From positions 2,232,001-2,296,000 of the forward strand of contig OZ287075.1 in NCBI GenBank assembly GCA_965645245.1: 64,000 nucleotides of DNA. Reading direction: 5' to 3'. Below the pieces are notes generated by a model, which was not told the origin of the DNA, made no database searches, and saw only the letters and a program-made list of their open reading frames with translations. Source of the stretch: Massalongia carnosa. Taxonomy: Eukaryota. A program made the translations under genes and the position numbers. Shown here in pieces: positions 12,511 through 23,467 of the stretch (the first letter of the stretch is position 1; each line of letters starts with the position of its first letter).

Positions 12511-15500
12511 GATTCCATAGCAAGTGGCAGGAGAGAAACCCCGAGGCTACTACTTCTTCGCCTTCTTGCTCCGAGTGCTGGTAGCTGTTCGGCCGCGTTT
12601 CCGCTTGTTATTAGGCTTAACGGTCGGCTTAGCCATTGGCGGTGCGGTGTCGATAGGAGGAGAGGTTGCTGTCGGCTTGGTGGGGTTCCCCTCATGGTAG
12701 GCTTTGACGATCTTCCGTAGGTGTTTGATCGCTGCCGCCGGTTCCCACGTACTTTCATCCTCTGGATAGCCCTTCCAGGAGACCAGATAGTAGAGGCCTG
12801 GTAGGTGGCCAGCTTCTGACTCCTTGGCGTAGACCGCGCTATCCAAAATGCCTTCAACCTCGTATTCCTCATCGTTACCAGCTTCGAATTCCAGCTGCTC
12901 CGCGATCTTCTCGTCCACCCGCCCCTTCCTTGTGGTGTCCTGCTCCAGCAGTGATACATGAAAGACATCATGGATGCGCCACCGCTTTGGAAGCTCCAGC
13001 TTGTAGGCTTGCTTGCCCACTGGTTGCAAGACACGGAATGGCCCAAAGAACTTAGCCTCTAGCTTACGATTGCGTTTGGTTTTAATATACTTGCTGTTCA
13101 ACCAAACTTTATCGCCAGGTGCATAGCTCCGTGGCTTGGTTCCTTTGTTGTGGGCCTTTGTCTGCCATTCTTGTGCGTGCTGAAGGTTTTCCTTACAGAT
13201 AGCCATCAAGTCCTTTAGTTCTGCAGCTAGTTCATTTGCTGACTTGGACCTGGAACGGGGGTCGATGTCTTCCTCATATGAGACACGGGGGTGGTAACCA
13301 CAGTTGAGCTCGAACGGCGTATGCCCAGTGCTCGCGTTTTTCGATGTTGAAATGTCCTGCTAATGGATCATCATGATGCCTACTGATTAGCTCAGTTCTG
13401 AGGATCTCAGGGACATAAGGCAAGCTTTGATAATGCAAAATCCGTCGGTGTCTTCCCAGCCATCTTTTCCAAGCTTCTCTGCTCTGATCATCTGAGCTTG
13501 GGTATCTTCCTCCTGCAACTCCTGCAACCTCAACCTCATGCCACCAATACTGACTTTGTAAGGACCTTCAGAGGTCAAGTCTTGGCGGAGCGTATCCCAA
13601 AACTGACGTAGTTGAGGGAAGACGTGCGTTCCACAGATAATGATGTAGTGTGGAGGGGTGAGATGCTGAGTACTAGTGATACCAGAGATGCTGGCGCTGG
13701 TCAGCGAGGACTGCAATCGGTGAAGGATTCGAGTATTCTCAGCTCGAAGCACTTCCTCTTCGCCTTGGCTCCTCTGAGGATAGCGAGATAAAGCATCGGC
13801 AGCTCCATTAGCCTTGCCTGGACGATAATCGATGCGGAAATTGTAACGAGAGAGTTCTTGCGCCCAGCGAACCTGGCGGGGGCTTAAACTCTTCGTATCC
13901 ATAAATCGCCGCAGGTTGTTGTGGTCTGTAAGCACGAGGACTTCATGCTTACAACCTTCGAGATAATGCCTCCAATTCTTAAAGGCTTCAACGATGGCCA
14001 GTAGTTCCCCATCGTGAGTTTCGTAACGAGTTTCTGCAGGAATCATTTTCCGAGAAAAATACGCTACTGGGTGCCATTGGCCGGTTTCGATATCCAGCTG
14101 GCTAAGAACGCCACCTAACGTTACTCACTGGGCAACGGGACAAACTGGGCAACGGGACTAACTAATTCCGAAATCATCACTTTTTGACCACTCTAGATGA
14201 TGAAGCCTTCATTACATACATTTTACATACAAATTCAGCTTCAGACATCACAGTAGATTATATTCATCATTTTGAAACTTTATAATCATTGGTGTAGGTA
14301 AAATAACCACCTCCCACAAGACCTCCATTCCTTCATGTTTTCACCCCACCTCTACCTATCAACAACGATTACAGTCAGCCTTTTTGGCCTGGAAACAGGC
14401 CGATGGAGCTCTTTCCATTACGAAGGCAGCTTTTCTATATGATGTTTCAAAGTCTACCCTTCATGCCCGCATTCAGGGTCGTCAATCACGATTTACGTCT
14501 GATCAAACTAAACAACTGCTGACCCCCGAGGAGGAAGACGCTTTGAAGAACTGGGTTTTACAACTGTACGCCTGGGGCTGGCCTGCTAAAATAGCTCAGC
14601 TACGTCAGATGGCCATAGAATTACTACGAGCAAGGGGGAATCATACTGTGCTAGGAGTCAATTGGCAACAGTATTTTTTACATGGTCATCCCGATCTGCA
14701 GGCTAAATACAGTCGCACACTAGATCAAGAACGATTATTCGCTGAGAATGAAGAGATATTTCAGCACTGGTTTGACCTTTTCCTCTCCATGAAAGAAAAG
14801 CACGGAATTCTTGATGAAGACATCTACAACATGGACGAAAAGGGATTCATGATGGGGGTAGCTGCTAGTGCTAAAGTAGTAATTTCTAAGCACGAAAAGC
14901 AAGCCTTTTCAGCACAGTCAGGTAATCGAGAATGGGTGTCATTGATCGAGTCCATTTGTACTACCGGTCGAAGTTTACCTCTTTTCGTCATCTTCAAAGG
15001 AGTCAACAAGCAAAAGGCCTGGTACGATGCACTGGAGGACATTGACACTGAAATAGCTACCAGCGAAAACGGATGGACAGACAATGAACTAGGTCTTGAT
15101 TGGTTGAAAAGTGTTTTGAACCTGCTACTGCAAAATATCTACACGGTGAATATCGACTTCTTATAGTAGATGGTCATGCTTCCCATATTTCTACCGAATT
15201 CATCAAGTTTTGCAACGAAAAGAAAATCATTCTTTTGTGTCTACCTCCACATACTACCCATATGTTGCAACCTCTGGACGTGAGTGTTTTTGGGCCCTTA
15301 TCACGGGAGTACAAAAAACAATTGGAGGTCGTCACCCGATTCAACGTCTGTTCAGTGGACAAGGTGGATTTTCTGAAGATCATTCAAAAAGCAAGAAAAG
15401 AAGCAATCAACACAAAAAACGTGCTGACTGCATGGAGAGCAACCGGATTAGTACCATACAATCCGTCATCAGTTCTTCAAAAACTCACTAATAAACAATC

Positions 15501-15525
15501 GGTGTTGCGAAAGACTGATAGCATC

Positions 15526-18500
15526 TGTTATGGTTATGGTAACATGGTATTATAACTATAGTCGTAGCTCCCTTTATGGGAAGTCTCAATTGAGACTAGC
15601 GTATTTTAAGCTTATATAGGCGAGCAGACTTGCTCATTTAATCAACATCTTTCAACACTCGTATAATCTTGCCTAGACGCAACAATGGTAGCACTGTTTT
15701 GATTTCTTGATTCCAGTACGATAGCTTCTAGACACCAATTGATACGTCTTCAGCTATCACCAGTCCTCCGGCACCAGTTGTTTGCTGAGGAACTCAACCA
15801 AGCTCGGTCTGCCTTAGCAGACATTCACATCCGACCTTACTATCCTGCACATCTTTCACCTTATCTTTTATCCGTGTTAGCTGTTAGTCCACCAGTACAT
15901 TGACTGAAACAGCTATCACCTGGCTCCATCTTCCATCCCCATCCCCGTGGAAGAGGATCTTCTCGTTCTGACCTTTCAGATCCACGACCTGTTGGCGGAC
16001 CATCCCAGCTTGACCTTGGAACTACCTCTTCGCATAGCAAGATTTGTCAAGTACCTGGTTACAGTCTCTCCTCGACCAAAAGGCTTACGGGAGATCTCGG
16101 AAAGCTCTGGCGCCAGAACCCGTTCAGTTACACGCTCTCAGAGTATCTCGTACCCTTCAAACTGGTCTGAAAAAGACATCCGGACAGCGGTCTTCGAGGA
16201 CTATCGAATAAGAACTAAGCCTCATAGACAGCATCCAGCCTATCAGCCCTTCGCGGAATGCGACAATACTAACCGTCCCTCTAGCACCACTCCTCAACCC
16301 ATCGAACCAAGAGAGATGGCCGGGTCCAGCGCTAGTGCAGCCACTGTATCCCAAGCTCACATCGAAGCCTTGGTCAGCAAGGGAGTCGAAGATGCCCTAG
16401 CCAAATATGCTGTTGCCGCTGCCAAAACATCCCCACCTGACCCTGGTGTGTCCACAGAGGACGTAGGATCCATTGCTGGTGCTCCTCGGGGAGAATCACG
16501 TTGGGTATCTTCCGAGTTAGGGTTTTTTGATCCCAATTACAATGAAAGGTCTATCAGCACCGGGAACGCCATAGAACATGACGGTACCAAGACTTACTTC
16601 CGAGACGTTCATCTATTTGTCCAGAGGGCTAAGGAAATGGCCATCACCAAGGGTGCTACCGTAGTGAGGAATAATCTGTGGATGTGTTTACAGGGCGAAG
16701 CATTGGAGTGGTGGCACAGTGAGTTGGATGACGATAAGCGGGAGATGACCAAGCTAGTAGGTAGCCGAGACACATCGATAGGCCAATGGGAGAGGTTACT
16801 CTTACGGAGGTTCCAGCAGCCATCCAACATAGCTATGGATGCCATCTTACATGAGAAGTATACCATTCGTGACGCGGCTAATCGACGGGAACCACGCGAG
16901 TATGTCCAAAAGATGCTTCGATCTGCCAAGGATGCTGGTATGACCGGTGTGCAGAATCAGTTGGACATTATCTATAACGGTATAGACAAAGAGGTGCGGC
17001 AAAGCGACCTTCGTAGGCCTAAGGAAGGCACTACCTTGAGCGAATTTCTTCAGGACATGGATGAGTGTAAGCATGACTGGTGGGCTCGGGCCAAGGCACC
17101 TCGCTCTCATCCGGTCACTCGTATTCAACCTAGTAAGTTCGAAACAAGAGGAGGACCTTCTCAGTCTCTTTCTCGTTCATTTCAACGGCCTTTTCAAGCG
17201 CCTTTTCAACAGAAAAAGTCGCTTTTTCAGGATCAGGATCAGTTTCCTTATAGGGAATCTTATCGTATTCCGCAAACTGGTCAGACTTACATGCCTCAGC
17301 AATTACAGGGATACTTCGACAAAAGATATCTGGGTATACCCAATGGTGGCTTCCAACACAACGGATATTCACAACAGACACGACAAGATCCTCGCTATCA
17401 GAACAACCTATCCAACGTAAACGCAAGAGCCCCAGCTTCTGTACCATCCAATCAGTTCCAACGTCCTCAGATCGCGGACGTACCTTCAAACACACCCGGA
17501 GGTCCTAGACAACCTCTTCGTCTCATGACGAACCCGCAGCAACCAGGATCTAATCGTGGTCCTTGGTCTGACCACGTAAGACCTCAACAGAAGGCATATC
17601 AGACTTCGGTCTCAGAGGAGCTCGAGGATGATTACGGGAACTGCGAGAAAGTGCTAGGAACACACTTTGCAGAAGAACGGAACGAGCAGGAGTTTTCGGA
17701 AGAAGAGTATCCATACCAGTATGAGGAAACATCAAATTTTGTTGTTCCGGTCGAACCAAGTATTTTTCCCTGCACAAGATGTGCGGCCTCCTTCTTATCA
17801 AGGAATAAACTATTTCGCCATCTACGAAAGGACTGCTGGTCTCAAACGGAGGATACGCTGACTACAGTCAACATGATGACTACAGTCGCCAAGGATAAGC
17901 TTTCACCTAACTTAGCGGTCGTAAAAACATCACCCTCCTCTACCGATCTTAGACAGAAAATAGTGTCAACTATCAGCCCTGATAAAACCAAGGGTGTTGG
18001 ATATGCCTTTCGAGGTTATCACTATGCTACCGCTCAAGTATCCTATGGAAGCTCCGCTCTGATGTCAGAAATATGCTTGGATTCCGGAACTTCGGTTACT
18101 ATGGGAGATCGTGCTTATCTACAGAAGCATGTTCCGGATCTCGTCATCACTAGAATGGCATCTCCGGTTCCTATTCGTGGAGTAGGTAAAGGCGAGGTAA
18201 GAACAGATGAAGTAGCTCTTGTACAGGTAAATCTTGATGGAATCTCCAAGGATGGTCCTGCTACCGGCGTAATAATCATCGAGGTCCACATAGTAGATGA
18301 CCTGAAAGTCAATCTACTCATAGGAAACGACGTCATGACGCCTCAAGGTATGACCTTAGACTTAGGGAAGCAGATCATGACGATCGATAGTTGCAAGGGC
18401 ATCAAGATACCCATCAACAGTCGTGCCCGTGTTGCTCCACACATCAAGCGCACGATCCGATCTAAGAATGCCTTCACTGTTCTTCCTGGAACGACCATGC

Positions 18501-19430
18501 GCGTACCAGTCACTTTCAATGGACAGTTACCAGATGACAGAGATTTTCTCTTCGAACCACAGCTTGCAGCCAGTCATGACTTGGGGCATGAGGGAGGCGT
18601 TTTCGCCCACATAGTAGACACTGACCTATCATGGGTAAACATTCATAACGCTACCAGCACTCCGGTGGTTCTTCCGAAGAGAGCTCGCCTAGGATCAGTG
18701 GTAGAATACACGCACCATGGATGCTACATGACATTACCAGCGGAAGCCCATCTAGCTACGTCAGGATGGAAGACTGGAAGATCTATAAGATCATTAATCA
18801 CAAAGGGAGCGGCCTTAATGGCTACGGCTTATGCCACATCCGTATCATCTAGTGGCACAATCGGTGTTGATACCACCACTTCGATAAAACCCAACTCAGT
18901 TATAGCTCCCGATATGGAGATGAAGCTATTTAACGGAGTTACCGTTTATGGCCATATCGGTATGAATCAACCGCTCTCTGACCTTGTCACCGAATACCAA
19001 GATGTGTTCATCGATCAGGGTACGACCGTGGGAATTCCGGAGGAAGAATGGATGCCCATCAACCTGAAATCAGGTATCGTACCAAAACCAGATAAAGAAT
19101 GTATCGACACAACTTTTGAAAAGCTTCAGGAACAGGGAAAACTTAAGTTCACCACTCAACCTACAACGTTCAGCTATCCATGCTTCGTAGTGTGGAATGA
19201 TACTCCAAGTGGACGAAAGGGTAGAGGGCGTCAGCGAGGTCGCTAACCTTTTTGCTTTGTTTGTCGGCATCTGTTATGGTTATGGTAACATGGTATTATA
19301 ACTATAGTCGTAGCTCCCTTTATGGGAAGTCTCAATTGAGACTAGCGTATTTTAAGCTTATATAGGCGAGCAGACTTGCTCATTTAATCAACATCTTTCA
19401 ACACTCGTATAATCTTGCCTAGACGCAACA
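15526..19430 (+). mobile_element. Non-autonomous LTR retrotransposon B (gag-protease only, TR-GAG-like)
   Basis: Identical 159-bp LTRs 15526-15684 and 19272-19430; TSD GCATC (15521-15525, 19431-19435); tRNA-type PBS TGGTAGC at 15686; pol truncated at the start of RT. Confidence 0.93.
15947..19246 (+). CDS. Gag, C2HC zinc finger, aspartic protease, degenerate dUTPase-like segment and truncated RT start (single ORF, up to 1099 aa)
   Basis: LGFFDPN, FRDVHLFV, CLQGEALEWW (gag); CTRCAASFLSRNKLFRHLRKDC; CLDSGTSVT (protease); FSYPCFVVW..GRKGR (RT N-terminus) then stop; true start uncertain. Confidence 0.85.
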   Translation: MEEDLLVLTFQIHDLLADHPSLTLELPLRIARFVKYLVTVSPRPKGLREISESSGARTRSVTRSQSISYPSNWSEKDIRTAVFEDYRIRTKPHRQHPAYQPFAECDNTNRPSSTTPQPIEPREMAGSSASAATVSQAHIEALVSKGVEDALAKYAVAAAKTSPPDPGVSTEDVGSIAGAPRGESRWVSSELGFFDPNYNERSISTGNAIEHDGTKTYFRDVHLFVQRAKEMAITKGATVVRNNLWMCLQGEALEWWHSELDDDKREMTKLVGSRDTSIGQWERLLLRRFQQPSNIAMDAILHEKYTIRDAANRREPREYVQKMLRSAKDAGMTGVQNQLDIIYNGIDKEVRQSDLRRPKEGTTLSEFLQDMDECKHDWWARAKAPRSHPVTRIQPSKFETRGGPSQSLSRSFQRPFQAPFQQKKSLFQDQDQFPYRESYRIPQTGQTYMPQQLQGYFDKRYLGIPNGGFQHNGYSQQTRQDPRYQNNLSNVNARAPASVPSNQFQRPQIADVPSNTPGGPRQPLRLMTNPQQPGSNRGPWSDHVRPQQKAYQTSVSEELEDDYGNCEKVLGTHFAEERNEQEFSEEEYPYQYEETSNFVVPVEPSIFPCTRCAASFLSRNKLFRHLRKDCWSQTEDTLTTVNMMTTVAKDKLSPNLAVVKTSPSSTDLRQKIVSTISPDKTKGVGYAFRGYHYATAQVSYGSSALMSEICLDSGTSVTMGDRAYLQKHVPDLVITRMASPVPIRGVGKGEVRTDEVALVQVNLDGISKDGPATGVIIIEVHIVDDLKVNLLIGNDVMTPQGMTLDLGKQIMTIDSCKGIKIPINSRARVAPHIKRTIRSKNAFTVLPGTTMRVPVTFNGQLPDDRDFLFEPQLAASHDLGHEGGVFAHIVDTDLSWVNIHNATSTPVVLPKRARLGSVVEYTHHGCYMTLPAEAHLATSGWKTGRSIRSLITKGAALMATAYATSVSSSGTIGVDTTTSIKPNSVIAPDMEMKLFNGVTVYGHIGMNQPLSDLVTEYQDVFIDQGTTVGIPEEEWMPINLKSGIVPKPDKECIDTTFEKLQEQGKLKFTTQPTTFSYPCFVVWNDTPSGRKGRGRQRGR

Positions 19431-20577
19431 GCATCATCACCACCACTACCACCACCACCACTACTACTACCACTACCACGAATATCACCTCCTCTCATCC
19501 TAACACTCCGACAACCCTTCAAAACTCTCACGAAATTGAAAAGACACCTGCAAATATCGATCAAATAAATCAACTGATTCGTCGAATTCGAAATGATGAA
19601 GAATCAGACTCGACTCCCGTTCGAGCGCTAAATAAATTGATAAAAGACGCTAAATATGCCTTCGCAGACTCTACCTTGCTACGTATCACCAACAACGAGC
19701 TTCTTCAGGCCAATGTACGGCGCCATCATCGAGCCAATCGTAGCGGGGCTCACTATGGAGGAAAGGCTCGAGTTCTAAGCCTTGAAGACGTTCAACAAAG
19801 ACAGCAATGGGCCAAAGATAAACAAAAGGTGAAAGACGAAAAAAAGAAGGCCGCTCAGCTAAAACGAGCTGAGCAGGACCTTATCAAAACTTTCAGGGAA
19901 ATGTGTCGATTTGGACCTGATTTACTAGGACAAACGTCTACTACATCTTCGACGAAAAGTCCTCAGAAAAGTCCTCAGAAAGCACCTGATAGTTCACAAA
20001 GTAAGCCTATTTGTTCTTTTCAAAGACGATTGCTACCTCCTCCCATGCTTCAACCAATGACAGAAGAGGTAGAGGGGGTGGAGGAGGTGAAGGTGAGTGG
20101 GGGGGTAGAGGTGGAGGTGGAGGTGGTGGAGGAGGTGAAGAAGGTTCAAACTACCAGACGGGGTCGTATTGTACGTCAACCACGTAAAATGTGATTAAGT
20201 TGCATGCAGACAAAATATCAATTTCACGTCTTATAGACATTGAAGCCGAATTTGTATGTAAAACGGGTGAGAGGGAGGCTGTAGAAATTAAGCGAAATTT
20301 AGTTAGTCCCGTTGCCCAGTTTGTCCCGTTGCCCAGTGAGTTACGTTATGGCGTAACCCGAGGCGTCCGTCTCAAGTCGGATGTGGCGCTCAGGGTCAAA
20401 ATGTCGGAGGATCGGTGCTTCAGTGAACGCCTGCTTTAATTGGGCAAAGGCTAACTCAGCGGCAGGAGTTAAGAATGAGATGGTTCTATGTCACGTGAGG
20501 CCCCTGAGTCAAAGTAAATTAAGAATCACCCTCTGAAAATTCTTTCCTCATTCACTTCTTCTCACTCGGCCTCATCC

Positions 20578-20700
20578 ATCTCACTGACTCGTCGTCGACC
20601 CCACGTTGTCTCGGTGCCCCTACCTCGCTGTCAGTGCTTGCTGCTTTTCCAATCTCACTGACTCGTCGTCGACCTCACGTTGTCTCGGTGCCCCTACCTC
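20578..20700 (+). repeat. 49-bp direct repeat in the 5' leader of YR element 1
   Basis: 20578-20626 and 20652-20700, one mismatch, ending 3 nt before the gag ATG. Confidence 0.9.
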
Positions 20701-20703
20701 CCA

Positions 20704-21717
20704 ATGACGAACACCCGTCCCCAAAGCACCTTGATGGACGACATAGTCCCCGACCCCCAGGAGATTTTCGGATTGACGCAGGCCCAATCCAATCAAATCT
20801 TCGCCCTACAAAAGAAGAAAGCCGACGCGGAAGCGAAGGCGGCCGAGGCTGAGGCTAGAATTGCCGAGTCCAAGGCATTGGTCGCCGAGAAGGAGGTGGA
20901 AAAAATGCAGCTAGAAATCGACTGCATGCGCCGAGAATCTGACGCCCGAATAGCGGCCGTCATTCCTGCTGACAAGCCGAGTCGTGTCGTCGGCGATGAC
21001 GACGAGGACCTAGGTGAGATCCCTCTCGAAGTAAGAAGCATAGCACCCCGTTTCGCGGGCCTACCACAGGACGAGATCATCAAGATCTTTTCAAATAAAT
21101 TCAAAGCCATCAACCTCTCCCGCCTCCGACACATGCACGGCATGCAATACGAGTCATACAAGGATCAAGACCGCATCGGCATCGAAGACGGCGCCTTGAG
21201 GTTGAGAAAGGCATCCGGGACCTACAAAGATTTCGGAAAGACAGTTCATGACGTCTGGACCGAGAGCTTCATCAACTACACCTCGATCATGGTCAGTCTT
21301 TTCGGGAAATCGAGTCAACAGCTTCACGCCACCATGTCGGCATTCCACGGAAAAATCCTCACGCTGGCCAAGGTGTACGAGTGGCAGGAAGCAGTCCTCC
21401 CCCTCGCCATCGAAACCCACACCCACATCATCGCGTCTCAACCATCCGACGCATCCCAATGGAAAATGCCCGACGAATTCCAAGCTCGATTCTGCACCCC
21501 CCTCACAGTCCTACGCCGTCGCCGCTCACGATCCCCGCCGTCCCGACGACCGACCCCGAGAGGAGACAGGGCCGAGAGGGCCGAGAAGGCAGCGGGGGAA
21601 ATCTGCGACAAGTACAACAGCGGCACCTGCACCTGGCCGTCGTGCTACCGACAGCACAAATGCAAATCGTGCGGCGCGGCTGGGCATGGCCAGAAGACAT
21701 GCCCAACGAAGAAATAG
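20704..21717 (+). CDS. Gag-like ORF1 of YR retrotransposon 1
   Basis: Coiled-coil N-terminus; C-terminal Cys/His cluster CDKYNSGTCTWPSCYRQHKCKSCGAAGHGQKTC. Confidence 0.8.
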   Translation: MTNTRPQSTLMDDIVPDPQEIFGLTQAQSNQIFALQKKKADAEAKAAEAEARIAESKALVAEKEVEKMQLEIDCMRRESDARIAAVIPADKPSRVVGDDDEDLGEIPLEVRSIAPRFAGLPQDEIIKIFSNKFKAINLSRLRHMHGMQYESYKDQDRIGIEDGALRLRKASGTYKDFGKTVHDVWTESFINYTSIMVSLFGKSSQQLHATMSAFHGKILTLAKVYEWQEAVLPLAIETHTHIIASQPSDASQWKMPDEFQARFCTPLTVLRRRRSRSPPSRRPTPRGDRAERAEKAAGEICDKYNSGTCTWPSCYRQHKCKSCGAAGHGQKTCPTKK

Positions 21718-23467
21718 GGGGTTGGTGCAGGAGGCAGTAGAATAGCTTCAATAGCTGAATTCATGACGTCCCATCCCTGCTTACCTGCACCAATCAGACC
21801 AAATACAATCCCTTCGTTTCAACTCGTAGACGCATCTCGTCAGCGTTTGAAAGACAGCCCATCTCCCCTCGTACCGTCCGCATGGGCAACCCTACTTCAA
21901 GAGTATCCGGGCCCCCTCCGAGTCCATCTGCCCATGATCCTTCGTTTCGGAGTACAAATCGGATACGAAGGCCCCACAGACATCCTTCGGATCGAAAAAA
22001 AATCTGACATCAGCGAATGAGGACCCGGAAACGATCGAGAATAAGCTTCAAGAGGACCTCAGGAAGGGCCGAGTCAGACGAATAGCCGCCCCGAGTCAGC
22101 CATTTGTGGCCTCCCCCCTCGGCTTGGTCCCGAAACATGACGGAGGATGGCGACGCATTCATCATCTGTCTCATCCCAATTAAACATCAGTCAACGACAA
22201 CATTCCAGAAGAGGCATCCAAATTACAATACGCCAGACTCGACGACATTATTCAATTGATTCTGTCAGAGGGCAAAGGTGCTGTCATAGTGAAAAGGGAC
22301 GTCAAAGACGCCTTTCGAAACGTTCCCGTCGCACCTCATCATCAATGGCTTCTGGGTTTCGGATGGAATGACGAATTCTACACCGAGACATGCCTTTCGT
22401 TCGGACTGTCGACGGCCCCGTTCATCTTCAATCTTTTTGCGGAAGGCTTTCATTGGATTTTGGAATCCTTTCTACAATGGAGATTACATCACTATCTAGA
22501 CGACTTCGTTGCAATTTTCCCATCCGAGACATCGTCAGAACGATTGCACCAAGAAACAAAAGCCTACAACATTCTCCCCGACATTCTCGGCATCCCGAGA
22601 AACGACTCAAAAGACGCCGAGGGAACGACAGCGACAGTCTTCGGACTCGAGGTCGACACCATCAACAGTCTTATTCGTCTGCCAGCGGACAAGCTGGAAA
22701 AAGCGAGAATCATCACTACAAAGGCACTAAACGAGACGACAATCAGCCTCGGCGACATGCAGTCAATAGCGGGCTTCCTAAGCTTCTGCGCACAGGCAGT
22801 CAAATTGGGCCGAGTCTTCTTACGATTATTCTGGAATTTTATAGCCTCATTTCCCTCGGGCAGTCATCGTCGGGTCAAAAGAAGAATTCCCACATGGGTC
22901 AGACAGGATCTCATCTGGTGGAACAAACTTTTAGTGGACTTCAACGGTATTGTCTTCTTCGAGACGTCAACACGAGACACGATCAAGGTGCATACGGATG
23001 CATGCCTCACGGGTCTCGGAGGCTATTTTCAACAAGACAACGAGCTCGTGAATCAAAAAAACGCATGTAGGGCCCGAGTCCTAGTCCTCAATCAGGAAGA
23101 ATCACCGAGCATAAACGTCCGAGAAGTCGAGGCTATCCTTCTAATCCTTCAGAAATGGGCGCCGACATGGCGACATCGACAGATCCTTGTCTTTACCGAC
23201 AGCAACACAGCATACACAGGATTCACGAATCTAACCCTCAAGGGACCGGCCAACGCGCCTCTACGAGAAATACTGTCCATAGCTGCAAAGTGGGACATCG
23301 TACTACGTTGTCAATGGATCAGTGGCACTTCCAATGGACTAGCAGATGCCCTGTCACGTTTTGATGATGAAAGATTGGCTAACTTTTGCCCTCATTGGCA
23401 GAACCCATACAATTCGATGAACCTCCCTCCACCTACCTATCCTCCACACCAGGGTCAGCCCTGGTAA
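21718..23467 (+). pseudogene. RT/RNase H of YR retrotransposon 1 (one frameshift, one stop)
   Basis: SPLGLVPK..GGWRRIHHLS, KRDVKDAFR, LSFGLSTAP, HYLDDF, HTDAC, FTDSN, LADALSR; extra A in the A-run near 21995-22002; TAA at 22181-22183. Confidence 0.9.

Larger units (their letters stand above)
14118..20346 (+). mobile_element. Fot1/pogo-like (Tc1/mariner) DNA transposon copy 1, interrupted by LTR element B
   Basis: About 44-bp TIRs ACGT(T/A)ACTCACTGGGCAACGGGACAAACTGGGCAACGGGACTAA; TA TSD at 14116-14117 and 20347-20348; HTH plus YNMDEKGF, LIVDGHASH, QPLDV (DDD); start ATG mutated to ATT and 1-nt deletion near 15107 relative to copy 2. Confidence 0.95.
11020..20488 (-). mobile_element. Truncated Ty3/gypsy chromovirus A (3' LTR, chromodomain, deleted integrase, RNase H), split by pogo copy 1
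   Basis: LTR 11020-12183 (TGTAAT..ATTACA) with PPT AGAGGGGAGGCAAT on the minus strand; ORF 12550-13209 (GPF, chromodomain); ORF 13387-14046 (RNase H); pol frame resumes at 20349-20488 ([22 protein letters not shown] joins GGVLSQ across the TA site). Confidence 0.9.

Noticed and set aside
20578..20700. 49-bp direct repeat as Ngaro split direct repeat A1/A2
   Set aside because: Both copies lie in the 5' leader; no copy found at the 3' end
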